DNA of 64,000 nucleotides from Paraspadella gotoi (taxonomy: Eukaryota; Animalia; Chaetognatha), in contig CM119264.1 of NCBI GenBank assembly GCA_051294375.1, positions 19,041,590-19,105,589 of the forward strand. Direction: 5' to 3'. Numbering within the stretch: the first letter of the stretch is position 1; each line of letters starts with the position of its first letter. Below, one piece after another: positions 28,201 to 41,174 of the stretch. Made by a program: the position numbers and the translations under genes. The notes under the pieces are model-generated. The model did no database searches. It worked only from the letters and a program-made list of their open reading frames with translations, and was not told where the DNA came from.

Positions 28201-30360
28201 TTCAACGATGTCGCTTACATCACGGTTGTCATCGAAATAAATTACACCAGCTACACATCAAACTACACGCATCTCGACCGTCTCGAATTTAAATCATAAT
28301 CGCTTTGTGTCAGTCAAACTGACCACGGCCTGCTTAACCTTGCCTTCAGCCACGTCGCTTACTCTTTTTCCACCCATCATTCTTGGCATTAAAATACTTA
28401 TAATCTTAATCATTATTAACATTAAGCATCGTAATCATTATTCTCGTTATCCCTCAGGCCATAATGAACATGGAAGAGAATCCTGAGGAGGGATTCGACA
28501 AACTCCAGTTTCTGATCACGACGAACGTGTTTCCGCCGGAGTCCTTCGCCAACCTCATCATTCTCTACCTCAAGTACGACCTCTTGAATCAGGCCGCCGA
28601 CGTCATCGCCGAGAATCGATCGCTCGGTAGAGGGAGGTCGTCGAGGGTCTGGTTGGGAGAGGAGGGTTGATTGAGGTCGAGTACAGTTCTTTACTTTTTG
28701 TACAAATAATTGCGACAAGTAAAAGTATCAAAACGTAGGAATAAAATAAAAACAGCCTAATAATTTTATCCAGTCCCTCCCCAGGTAGCCCGGTATCCAT
28801 CTAAAAGATTACTAATATTTATAGTAATACTTCACATTCCGACGAAACATTTTTCTCTCAGCCAACCGACATCTCGAACGTTACCTCTGGAAATTCTTAG
28901 AAGCGAAGACGTCTCTCGACAGCGACCCAAAGGAAACCTACAGGCGCTTGTTCTTTCATTCGTTCATTCATTTCTTTTAATTATTGTTAAATTATAAAGT
29001 AGGCCCGGTGACGTAACGCCGTTTTCGTGTCGGGATGTCCAAATACTTGTCCTTAATTCCCAATGCTTGATCTGCCGATAAATGCCCGCCACAGATCCAC
29101 AATTGTGAAAACCCTCTACAGTCTTCAGTGTACAGTTTACATCCTTCATCCTCCTTCCACTAGAATGTTGGAAGAGATTCTGACGACGGAGGCGGAGGCG
29201 ATGCGATCTCTGGCCAGGAGGATGAGGGAGGCGTCGAAAATCCACGACGAGGCGCTAAAGAACAGAACCATCAAGGAATACGACATGATGCTAGAGAGGT
29301 GATAGAGTAAATTCATGGGTTGCTAACTTGCTATGTTAAAAGGAATTTTGGTGGTATTGGTTCTACCAATTTCAAATGGTATTTTCGAAATATTCAATGA
29401 AAACTTTATGCGCAAAAAAAAAAAAATGATATTATAGATTGCTTGAACCGGCTACGGTATTGTATCGAACGTTAAAGAGAATTAAAAACCTTTCAAAATT
29501 TCATGAAGCGAAATATCAGATCAAACAAGCCAACTCATACCGTATCTGACGACCTGTCAGGTACGTCCCAGCGCTGATGGCTCAAGCAAAGATTTATTGG
29601 GAAAAGAGCAACTACAAAGTGGTAGAGAGAATCCTCAAGAAGGGAATGGAGTTTTGTCAGGACAACGAAGTCTGGAAGTTGAACGACGCTTGGAAACTCA
29701 ACGTCGGCCACGTTCTCTTCATGCAGCGGAAGTACAAAGCAAGTGTTGCTTGAGATCCAAATCTCTCTTCTATTAAAAATTTCTTGTTGGAAAAAACGAA
29801 TCCACGTAGCCGATAGCGGTAAATTTTTCTTTTTTGCGGTTTTTTTAAAGAAACCACAACAAAATACTCTTATTTGCATTGAGGTAATTTCTTGTCAACT
29901 TTCAAGATTACGACATTAAAATAGAAATCAGTGAAGTTTATTTTAAAGATTTATGGGCGAACGTTGTTAAGTCTAAAATCATTTCCAAGTTGACAGACGT
30001 CTCTGAGTATCAAAAATAGACCATTTCGAAGTTTAACTTTAAAGACAGATCTGAAACTTTAACTATAATTGGGCCGCCTATCCACAAATCCACTGAATCC
30101 ATTCGCAGGAGGCGATCCCCTTCTACGAGACGCTCGTCAAGCGAAACTACGGCGACATCCTTAAGCTTAGCGCGGTAGTCTTGGCCAACCTCTGCGTCTG
30201 CTACATAATGGAGTCGCGGAATAAAGACGGGGAGGTCTCGTGTTGAAGTCAGGATGTCGAACTGTATATTGTATACTGAGTGCTCTGTGTAATGATTGCA
30301 AAGTTAAGAAATGAGGAACCGGATTTTGTAAACAAAGAAAAAGACACGCCGGCGTCGAAA

Positions 30361-30401
<41 letters not shown>

Positions 30402-31866
30402 AGATATGTAGCTTTTTTAACTCAGGTCATCATGGGAAAGATCGAGGGCGAGGAGCTAAAAGTGGAAGGCTACGACGTCCCGAAAAAACCCTCCTTCCAT
30501 CTTGCGATCGTCAATCTCGTTATCGGGACTTTGTATTGCTCGAGGTTGTTAGATGTGACGAAAGATTTTATAATTTTCGTATGACCTTACATGTCTTTAT
30601 ATTTACTTATATTTTCTTTCAATTTCTCCCCTCTCTTTTTCCCTTCTCTTTTTTCATGTCCTTTTGTTTTGCTTTTGTTCTACTTTTTCTCCCCAATTTT
30701 CCAGGCAAAACTACACATTCGGAATCGAAAGAATCATCAAGAGTTTCGACAATTGCAAGAAGAAACTTGGCGCCGCCACCTGGACTTACGCTAAAAGGTT
30801 TAACCAAATGCAAAAATGGCGGGAAAGGGGAGGTCACTTCTCGAGAGTTAAAAAGCTTGCAAAACTTCTCAGGTGCTTTCTGTCCCTGTTCGAGGCGATG
30901 GCAAACCATTCTCTCAGCGCCACCTCCGTCGGCGTTTTCTCAGACAAGTTCATTAAAGAGGTTGGGAACGAGAGCCTTCCTACTGCTCGCTTTTAAGAGG
31001 CAGTTTAAAAACGGGCGGGGAAACGGTAACAAAAACCGGCAATGTTTTTTTAATTCTTCTTTCTTTACTCAATCCGACAATTTTTTGTTTCTAATTGTAA
31101 ATTTAATTTTTTTTTTTTTTTTACATTTGAATTATTTTTCCTGGTTAACCGTTTCAAGTTTACAAGATTACCACTCCCGGTTTCGAAACCTTTCCAATCC
31201 AAGTTTTACCAACTCCGTTTTCCATCTTTGTTTTCCATAAACGAAAGAGGAAAAAGCAATCTCGGTTTCTCAGGTCTTTCAGTTTCTCGAGACGGTTGAG
31301 TTCTACGGGAAAGACGTCGCCGCGACGGGGTACAACGACTACGACGACAACTACGACAGTTGGGAGGAGGAGGAAGAGGACGAGGATTACGGGGAAATTC
31401 TCGACGACGAGGGAGAATCGAGATCGGGGCGTGAGTCAAAAGGAGGAAAGGGAGGAAAAAGGAAAAAAGGTTTGAAAGAGAAAAGGAAAAAAAAGAAAAA
31501 AAGAGAAGTAATAAAAAAAAATTAAAAAAACGACAAAGAATAGACAAATTTAAATAATAATCAGAATGAAGGAGAGGTTCACCAAAAAAATCTGAATTAT
31601 TGTTTAGTGTCAGCTTTTTAATAGGTGGAAGGAAGGTAAAAAGGAAGTGAGAGATAAAAAGATGGGGCGAGAGAGAGGGAGAGTGAGAGGACAATAAAGA
31701 GAAGGGAAGGAAGTTTCATCTTTACAACCAGTGAGAAAAGTAACCATGAATAAAAAAAATGAAGAAAGAGTGGGGAAAAGTGAAATTTCCCCAGTGAAAA
31801 GTTTCTTTGGTCTGCAACTGGGAATTCTCGCGTTTTATCACTTTCAAAGGAAAGAAATTGAGAGAG

Positions 31867-31947
<81 letters not shown>

Positions 31948-32454
31948 GAGAAATGTGATTTGACAAAAGCATACATATGAAAACGCCCTGTCGCTTTGCC
32001 GGTAAGTTTCTCTATTTCTCTTCCCGCCAATCCATCCTCTTCTATATTCTTTACTCTCCTCCTCTTCGTTTTCCTCCTTTTTTTTCTTTTCCCACAGCGC
32101 ATTACCTGTTTCCTCCTTTCAAACATCCTCCTTTCCTTTCTGTTTTTTCCTCATCGGATACATTCTTTCCTTCTTTTTATCCTCTCCTTTTTTCTTCTTT
32201 ATTCTCTCCTCTCTTTCCGTTTTTTTTTTCCAACTCCCTTCTGTCGACATGTTTTTTATTCATATTCCTTCCACCTAATCATTTCTTTCCTCATTCTTTT
32301 TCCTCCTCCGCTTCCCCCTTTTTTTCCAGCCCGATCCAGCGGAGCGGAAGAGCCGTCCAAGTCCCCAGGCAAAGACACGGTGGCTTATGAGGCCCGAGTT
32401 CTGAAGGCGTTGTTCATGGAGTTGGTCAACAGATATCAAGAGTATAAGGATTGA
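25289..32454 (+). CDS. TTC30: Tetratricopeptide repeat protein 30 / IFT70 (fleer, DYF-1), intraflagellar transport complex B
   Basis: 19 exons: 25289-25346, 25483-25634, 26060-26188, 26249-26313, 26424-26523, 26598-26714, 27337-27424, 27487-27557, 27635-27742, 28458-28626, 28862-28943, 29164-29298, 29561-29738, 30109-30234, 30426-30544, 30705-30797, 30873-30960, 31274-31430, 32330-32454. Diagnostic motifs: ALVEAFNLKAA, LTDMPPRKEEEIDPVTLHNQA, FPPESFANL, WKLNVGHVLFMQ, VLANLCVCYIM, HLAIVNLVIGTLYCS, GKDTVAYEARVLKALF. Confidence 0.96.
25663..25936. mobile_element. Degenerate inverted-repeat element with telomere-like internal hexamers, in TTC30 intron 2
   Basis: TTTCCCAAAACGCCCC (25682-25697) matches the reverse complement of GGGATGTTTTGGGAAA (25901-25916) at 14/16; outer TACAAC/GTTGTA pair; the interior is degenerate TAACCC/TAATCC-like repeats. 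Confidence 0.5.
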
Positions 32455-35258
32455 AGACTGAGGAATGAAGCGGTGGGTCGAGGGTTGTGTGGTTTATAAA
32501 AAGGAGAGAGGAACAGAAGGAAAAGAATAGAATCGTTCGGATCATATCTTAGTTTCGAAACCGTTAATTGTTGGTGACAATTTGGACAACTACACTGTAC
32601 ATTTCCTATTCACACTTTAAATTAAAGTTTAATCTCCAATTTACAAGACGTAATCGATGTTTATGTCCAAAATTTTGAAAGAGTCGTTTGAAAGTTGCGA
32701 ACTAAAGATTATTAAACAATGAACATATAGGTCTATAAATATTTTGTCATGCCTCCAACGTAGAATTCGTTGTTATCAATCGTGCTAATAAATTGTTCGA
32801 CATTTATTTATTGGTTTTGCGTAATTTTTGATGGCGTCCTGAAATAGTTTGTATCCCTTATACATGAACTGGCTTCCTTTCTTTCTATGCTTCCGACGCT
32901 CGCAATTTGCTCTAAAGATTATCATGCTTCATGGGCTCCAGTGTGAGGACGATTAAAAGTTCTTTTCCCAAAGAAGTAACGGATCGTAACGGAGTATGAC
33001 TAATTGAATTATTAATGATAACCGATGATTATCTCCGAAATAAAGCAGTTCCTTTTTTTCGTTGATGAAGTTATTTGAATTTTAGCCTCACAACGATAAA
33101 AGAATTAATACGTAGTTAATGTCATGCATAATAAATGGAAATGAGCGGGGGAGGTCTTGAAGTTGAACGGACTTTGAATATGAAATGGAACGTGAAAGAT
33201 ATGTATATCGGGCAAAATTTTGCGACCATTTCATTCAAGGTCGTTTGCGCCTGGAATAAAAAAAATTAACTTTTTTTTTGCAAAGCCTCACTTTTTTAAT
33301 TTTTTAACATTCGCAACCAGGTTTGGTTCATCAAACGAAAACGAATTTACGCTCCCAACGAGCCAAAGGCTAAACAATAACAGAGTTAAATGGCTGTAAA
33401 TAAACGAGCGATAAATCGTGAATAAAACACGAAGGGAATAGAATAATCGCCCCACCCCGGGAATGAGTTATGATTTTTTTCGTGAGAGGGCGGTACGGGC
33501 GGAAAAGGTGAAAGGGATTTTTTATTAGAGCTTAAGACATTTGTTTGTTATTATTTGTTTTATGGAACTGCGGTTGCGCGCTCGGGATAAATTTATAGAG
33601 GAGCTTTCCGAATGTCGAAAAAAATATACCAGGAAGAAAAGATATTCTTTGAGACAATGTCGGTTGAGATGTCAGGGCAAAATGAACAAGTAAAAACAGC
33701 AACGAGGCATGATATCGGAAAATGAACGGGCTCAATGAAATGGATAGAACGAAAGCAAGATGTGGGTTACAATTTTGGCCTCGAATCAACGAACGAACCG
33801 AAAAAAAAAAATCGGTCATAGCGTTAGGGAAGATAAATGGTCGAGGTACCGCGAATAATATTGGGCAAGGTGAGGACACGACACGAACAGTCTTATCGAG
33901 CGTCGAAGAAATAACGCAGAGAATTCTCAAAAGGAAAAAGCATTTAAAAGACGAAATTTGAAAACTTCGTTTCGATCCCGAGTTGTCATTTCGTATCCGC
34001 CTTGTTGTCCTCCTGACGGCGAAACTTACAACCACCTCGCTAAAATCAAGATGGAGTTGTTGATAAACAGACTTTGCATTGTTCTTCTGTTTCTCTCCTG
34101 GTTTTACAAGATACGAAGGCAGCGGCGCAAAAGGAGAGACATAAATTATCTGAGCGGGATCGAGGCTTTGGGCGGCGGCTGCGGCTGCGGCGGCTCCGGC
34201 GGCCAGAAAGGCTGAGGAATTAGACGGCGACGGCGCCGAGGGAAGAGGTTTGGGGTGGAGAGATGCGGATTGTGGATGAAGGAAGAGGAGGACGAGTTGG
34301 GGGGGGAGTCTTGTTAGGGGGGGGAGTCTTGCATGACCAGAACCCATAAACGAAATTCATAACGAGATCCACGTCCACCCCGTCGCCTTTGCCGACGCCG
34401 CCGACGCCGCCGACGCCGCCTGAGCCGATGCCACCGTCGCCGGTGCCAGCTTTCCACCCACCATCACCACCATGAACCACCTCAAAACCACTTTTTAAAA
34501 AAGGCGTGGTGGCTTTCACGCCCGTCTTCCCTCATCGACTTTTACGTCTTTTTCCTTCGGCCTCTCCTTTAATCTTTTGTTCTTCTCTCGTTTCGCTTCA
34601 TCTTTCGTCTTCATAAACGACGCGAGGCGTCGCCATCAACGCCGTCGGGGATGACGTTACCATCGTCACTCGTCGCCTTAACGAACGGGATCGGCCGTTG
34701 CCAGTTCGTCGGCGCCACCATCGTCATTTTATCCTATCGTTGTAAACTCAGAACAAGTTTTTTTTTTTATCTCAGCAAGATATCTTAAATCACACTACGC
34801 GGCCTTGCAAAGACCCTACAGTCACCACTACCGGCGCCACCGCCGCCGCCTCCGCCGCCGCCGCCGCCGCCGCCTCCGCCGCCGCCTCCGCCTCCGCCGC
34901 CGTCTTCGGTTCCAATGCGCCTTCATTTTTTCGACTCTGCTTTTGTTGCTCCATGGATGATGAGAATATTGAATGAAGAAAGAAATAAATTTAGAAATTA
35001 ATTAATCACTGAAAAAAAAAAATCACTTTCCGTCATGAAATTAATATAGTATGAAAAGAGCGCTTACATGGTTAATTTTTTAAATAAATTATTATCTTGA
35101 ATTTTCTAATCTAAATTTTCGAATGATTCTTCCTTTATTCGTTTCTCCATCAATCAAGTTTCGGGACACCTTGCTTGGATTAACGGAGAACCAAGCTACC
35201 AGGCTTGAAAGAAGCGCAGGAACGCCATTTCCCATAATTGATGATTGATTTGAAAATA

Positions 35259-35300
<42 letters not shown>

Positions 35301-36161
35301 TCTCTCTCTCTCTCTCTCTCTCTCTGGCATTCCTACCCCAAAAAAATCCCCAACCCAATCTCCGCTACCCGCTTCCCGCTTCCCAGCAATAAGGCCAAAC
35401 AAGCGGTAATTGATGATTGATCCCGACGTCATAAACCCGTCGCAACAGCAAATTAGTTTGCGGATTTTTATTCCTTTTTTTTTTTCCCCCGCAATCTCTA
35501 TAGAAGTCCGTCTCTCTTAAAAACACCTCCCACCCACCTCGCCACCCCCACACCACGCTCCTCCGCCCCCTTCCCCCCCCTTCTTCCGTTTATTCCTTAT
35601 TTCCTTCCAGACTTAGCACGAAACGCGGCCTTCCGAAGGTTAAGCGTTTTATCATCCGCGGTTTCGTTTTTTCCTATTGTTTTATCATCGCTCGTTCGCG
35701 GTTTTATTAGCGACGACGAATCCGCGCATAAAACAGGAAGGCGGCTCCTGTTTGCAACCATTTGTTGTTTGGCGTGCGGGCGAAGGGAACTGGGAAAACG
35801 AAGCGGAAAGTTCGGAACCGTCGCTCTCCTTCGAACTCGTTGGAAAAGTACGGTAGTATGCAAAATATGCATTTCTTATTAGCTATGAAAATAAAAATAA
35901 CGAAAGAAGCAATAAGTTAGATGAGAGTTTTAATATATGATTCTTCGAGAAACTATCAATGGTGATTCCGGTTACATTGTCGAAACCCAATACGGGGCGT
36001 CGAAAAGATAGGATCTGTTCTTTATAACAGATTTGAGCGTTAAATGGTCACGTTATCAATACTTAATAATCCGAATTGGATCATGAGCCAGATGACATTA
36101 CCTAACACACCACAAAATATTTGTAGTTAAATCATAGTTATCCGAGATTGTTATTAATCGC

Positions 36162-36225
<64 letters not shown>

Positions 36226-37880
36226 AGAGAAAGAGAGAGAGAGAGCACAAAAAAGCGAGGCATTATTGCTTTCTTTTATGGATTTTTATTTCGTTCCTCC
36301 TTTCATCCTTCCACATTTTCTTCTCTCGCTCGAAAATGTGCCACATTTCGCTTTTTTTTTTCTGAAAAGAAAAGAAAAAACAGTTTTTTCATGACGCCGA
36401 GTGGCAATTTGCCGCCAAATGACGCCTCTTTGCTATTTTTACTACGTTTCTCTATTTTTCGTCATTTTCGTCATATTTTTTCATCGCAAAACGACTAAGA
36501 AACTTTTCCTTATTATGTTTTTATTTCTTTTTATCATCTCTCCGTGAGCGTTTCGAGTTTCAACTTTCATCTGGAAAAGAAATTTTGCGTCTCGTGCCTT
36601 CGTCGTCGTCGTAGTCATCGTTGTTGTCGTCGTCGATATATAATCGTCGCAGTCACCTTCGTCGGCGTCGTCCCTTTTATAATTGTCGTCGTCTTCGCGA
36701 TCGTCGTCGTAAGTCATCGACGAAGTGTTTTGATGTTATTCTCCTCTCTAATCATCCTAGTGCTTTATGACATTGTAATTGTAACGTCCTTAGTTGATTG
36801 AATTGCATTGCATTGCGTTGCCGGCGACATTGTCGTTTTAAATGTTTACCTTCTCTTCCTACATTGTCGTTCTCGTCGTCGTCTTAGTTTTTTTTCCCTA
36901 ATTCCAGCTTTTAAAAATATTTGGAAATAAAAATTTTACTCTTTCGTCCATCTACCTTGCAAATTCCCCCGCTCACCCTTCTCTCTCTTTTTCTTTCCAT
37001 TCCCTTCTCTCCTTCTCCTTTTCCTCCTCCTCCCCCTCCTCCTCCTCCTCCTCCATCATCTCAATCCTTTCGAGAAAAAACACCCGAGAATCTTCCTGGC
37101 AATGAATTCAATAGGTTAACCCTTTCGAATGGTATAAAAGTAACGGAGGCAGCGCCTTTCCGCTGTTACGTTAACTTTTTCCTATGAACGTCTGCGCTAG
37201 TCAAAGATTTAGGCTCTTTTACTCTGTTTCTTGAGTTGAAACAGAAAAATTTATTTCTCACAAATTCGAAGATGAACTAAGCCTAAGGAAGAGTAAAAAA
37301 ATGTTAGAGCTCATGATACAGCATATTACCTTTATCTTGCTATCACGACATAATGTTGATATGTACTTTTCCCTTACCTGATACGACAATAAAGATATCC
37401 CACCCTTTAGTCTTTGGACCCTGAGTACGTTCACAAGTCCTGGAGGAATAAAATCTTACTAATCTTTAAAGAAAACCTGCCGCCACTCTCGCAGAATTCT
37501 GTTGACCTTTCAACGAAATTTCCCTTTAAGCTTCTAAAGGCGAACTTCACACGCAATGAAAGTACATCCTCATACGCTAAGCTACGCTACCATAACCCAC
37601 GAGCACGGAGACGTAGCTTAATCTCCATTCGGCCGCGTGTACGCTTCAAATTTCGCGGTCGCTGACCTCGCCGTGATTCCCGTCCACATTAATGGCGAAG
37701 ACGACAGATTTTTTCGCGGACCAGCAAAGGATTCCCGTTACGAGGGCCGTTATAGTGGCGGTTGTTGTTGTTGTTATTACGCTTGTCGTTGTTATTGCCG
37801 GTGCAAACGGCGACGTAATTGCCGACACGATCGTCTCGGCGTCTACATCATACAGTCTTCTCTTCAGCCGNNNNNNNNNN

Positions 37881-37912
<32 letters not shown>

Positions 37913-38323
37913 ACGTCGAAGCAGCGATGCCATCATTTTTCATCGTCTCTTTTCTCTTCGTTCGCCTTTCGTGGCCTCAAAAAAGTCGACGGGACGAACG
38001 ACTCCCTTCAGACTCTGACTGGATTCATTCAAATCATGTCGCCGAATCATTTTCGCGCAAATCGGGAAATGGCAGAAGCCCGACCTTGTCTGAATGTTAA
38101 CAGGGATGCTCGAGGACGGGGAGGGAACGATGGTTTGGCCGATAGTCGCTCATTTTCATATGAAATTCATTTGGAGGAAATTGGAATTGTGAATTGTAAA
38201 AAAAAGGATGTTGAAAATGTTTTCACAGGGACAAAAATGTCAATTGAAAAAATCATTACATATTACATAAAAACTTCATCAGGTACCTAAATGATGTTTA
38301 CTATAATGATGATAGTTTAAATA

Positions 38324-38361
<38 letters not shown>

Positions 38362-39871
38362 GCTCTTTCTCTCTGCCTCGCTCTGCTCTCTGCTGTCCAT
38401 CTCTGCTCTCTCTCTCTCTCTTTCTCTCTCACACACGCGAATTTACGACCTGCTCCGTCGTAATTTTTATGCCAGAACCAAAGCAACAACAACAACCCGG
38501 TAATTGGTGCCGATTTAGAAGAATAATAATCTCGCTCTCCCGTTTTTCTTTCTTTTTTCCATTGCGATTTTTTTTTATTCGTCCGCCGTCGTCGTCATTG
38601 TGGTTGTCGTCGTCGTCACGCAAAAGACGCCGAGGAGTCAGCATCAGACTAAAAGACCAAAAGACCCGAAGATTATCATAAAATGAAATGTTTAGAAGCA
38701 AAAGAACAGGACGCAAAATGCAACGGAATCTCAGAGCGCCCGCTGCCAGGAGGAAGGGTAGGGGAGGGTATATGTATAAAGAAAAGAGGGAGACTAAAAA
38801 TGTAGAGATGAGAAAGAAAGAGTGTTAAAGAAAGACAATATCTTATCGAGACAATATGGTGATTCAAGTAGGAAAAGTATACGTAATTTAACATAAAGAG
38901 TCACGTTGAAAAAAGGTTTGAAAAAAAAAATCAAGTGAGGTATTGAAAGACAAAAAAATATTTTAAAAAAATGAAATAAGCGAAGATAATCGAAGGATGG
39001 AGCGAAGAGGGAAAAAAAAGAAGAAATGAGAAAAGTGAAAAAAGGCGGAGATAATGGAAAAGAACAAAGAGGAGAAGGAGAGAGAGCGGCGAATCCCCTG
39101 ATGATGGAAACGTCAAGGTAAAAAGCGGGAGGAGGAGGCAGACGTATAAACGAGCTAAAGATATTCCCTCCGTTCAATGAGAGAAGATAAAAAAAAAGCG
39201 AGGTGGAGGGGTCAGAATCTCATATGAACCTCTATTAGATGTCATAGAATTATAGGAGATAAGGAAAAAGATGAGGCGTAGAATTACTAAAAAATGGAGA
39301 TGGTTTTGATAGAATCGGAAGTCCGCGGGGACCGGGGACCGGGGAATACGTTGGGGACGATATTAGAAGGGAACGGGGAATATTGGTTGGGAAAAAGAAG
39401 CGCACGTCGACAGGCGAAGAAACGAGACGACGAGAAGGACGACGACGACGACGACGACTCGGCGGGAGACGGGAACGACGACGATTCGAGCCTGGTCGAA
39501 CAGGAAAACGACAACGACGAAGCGAGGATGATAATGATCATTACAAAGATGACCGCGACGATGACAAAAAAAAAAGAAAAGGAAAGGAACAAAAAAATGT
39601 TGACCACGACGAGAACTTAAAAAATAACTAATTGGACGACGGTACCTACAAAGAAAAATGAAAAAGCTGACAGTTTAAACGTCTAAAGGATGACAAGGAC
39701 GATGACAAAGACGAGAAAAGGGAAATCGTTTTTCCGTTTTCGATGAAATTAGAAATCCCGAAATCTGCCGCGTCTTTTCAGCGCCTCTGAGTTGAAGGAC
39801 TTTTCCATTAGTGCGGCCATGTCGGTGTGTTATGGCTGCTTACCTAAAAAAAGTAAGTCGGACAGAAAGAC

Positions 39872-40009
39872 GATGAGAAAAAGTGATTTACTGATTAACT
39901 GATCCACTCAAGGACAGCGAGAAAGATGGAAAAGAAGGAGAAGGTGTTGAACAGAAAGAGAGTGAGCAGAAAGAGAGGGAAAGAGGTGGAAAAAGAGAAA
40001 AATAAATAA

Positions 40010-40053
<44 letters not shown>

Positions 40054-40602
40054 GAAAAAAAAAAAAGAAAGAAGGATGGAACGAAGGAATGAAGGAGGAA
40101 GGAAGGAAGGAAGGAAGGAAGGAAGGAAGGAAGGAAGAGAAGGAAGGAAGGAAGGAAGGGAAGAAAGGATAGAAAATTAGGTGAAGGGAGGAAAGGATGG
40201 AAAGAGAAACGCGGAGAAAAGAAAAAAAAGAGAGCGAGAGTCGAGACTGAGAGGAAGCATTTTTTAGTCGTAAAATGCTTTGTCCAAAAATGAAAGAGAG
40301 AGTTCGAAGGGGAAAAGGGGAAGAGAGAAAGGGCGTTCTTTGAGTTGTACGAAAATGCTTTGTCAAATAAAAAAAAGGATATTGAGGGGGGGAAAGAGGG
40401 AAGGGGAGATAGGAGGAGCCGAAGAGAAGCCCTGATTCGAGCTGAAAACCTAACAAATGGAATAGAGCATCTGCCTTTTTGAGGCTGGGTCAAGGAGTTG
40501 GGGTCCCGGGCTCTGCAGCCGTAATGGTTTTTTGGGCCAGTTAATGGAAGAGAGGAAAGGAAGTAAGTGAGAGAGAGAGAGAGAGAGAGATGAGAGAGAG
40601 AG

Positions 40603-40666
<64 letters not shown>

Positions 40667-40820
40667 TATTAGATACTGTTCCCAAACGGTTCAGATTTGA
40701 AAAAATCGCACAATCGTTCAGAAACATGTTAAAGAACATTTTGTGAATATCTTGTTCAGTGTTATCAAAGCTAGAGACAGCGACGGAGTGAGCGAGAAAG
40801 AATGAGAGAGAAAGAGAGAA

Positions 40821-40851
<31 letters not shown>

Positions 40852-40861
40852 AGAAAGAGAA

Positions 40862-40936
<75 letters not shown>

Positions 40937-41118
40937 TTCAGGAAGATTTCGCTGGGTGATATAGAAGGAGAGATATCGCGGGGCAAGCATTTCAAGAGTT
41001 AAAGATTGATACCTAATGGGAGGTTCAAAGAAGCCAGAGATAGACAACTGCCAATGAGTGGCTGGCAAAGAAGGAGGTGATATAGAAAAAAAAGAAAGAT
41101 AGAAAGAAAAGAAAGAAA

Positions 41119-41174
<56 letters not shown>

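Noticed and set aside
33532-34955. Minus-strand 271-aa ORF and neighbouring poly-Ala/Gly/Pro frames as a transcription-factor gene
   Set aside because: Low-complexity (GCC)n-derived sequence with no recognisable domain or consistent exon structure.
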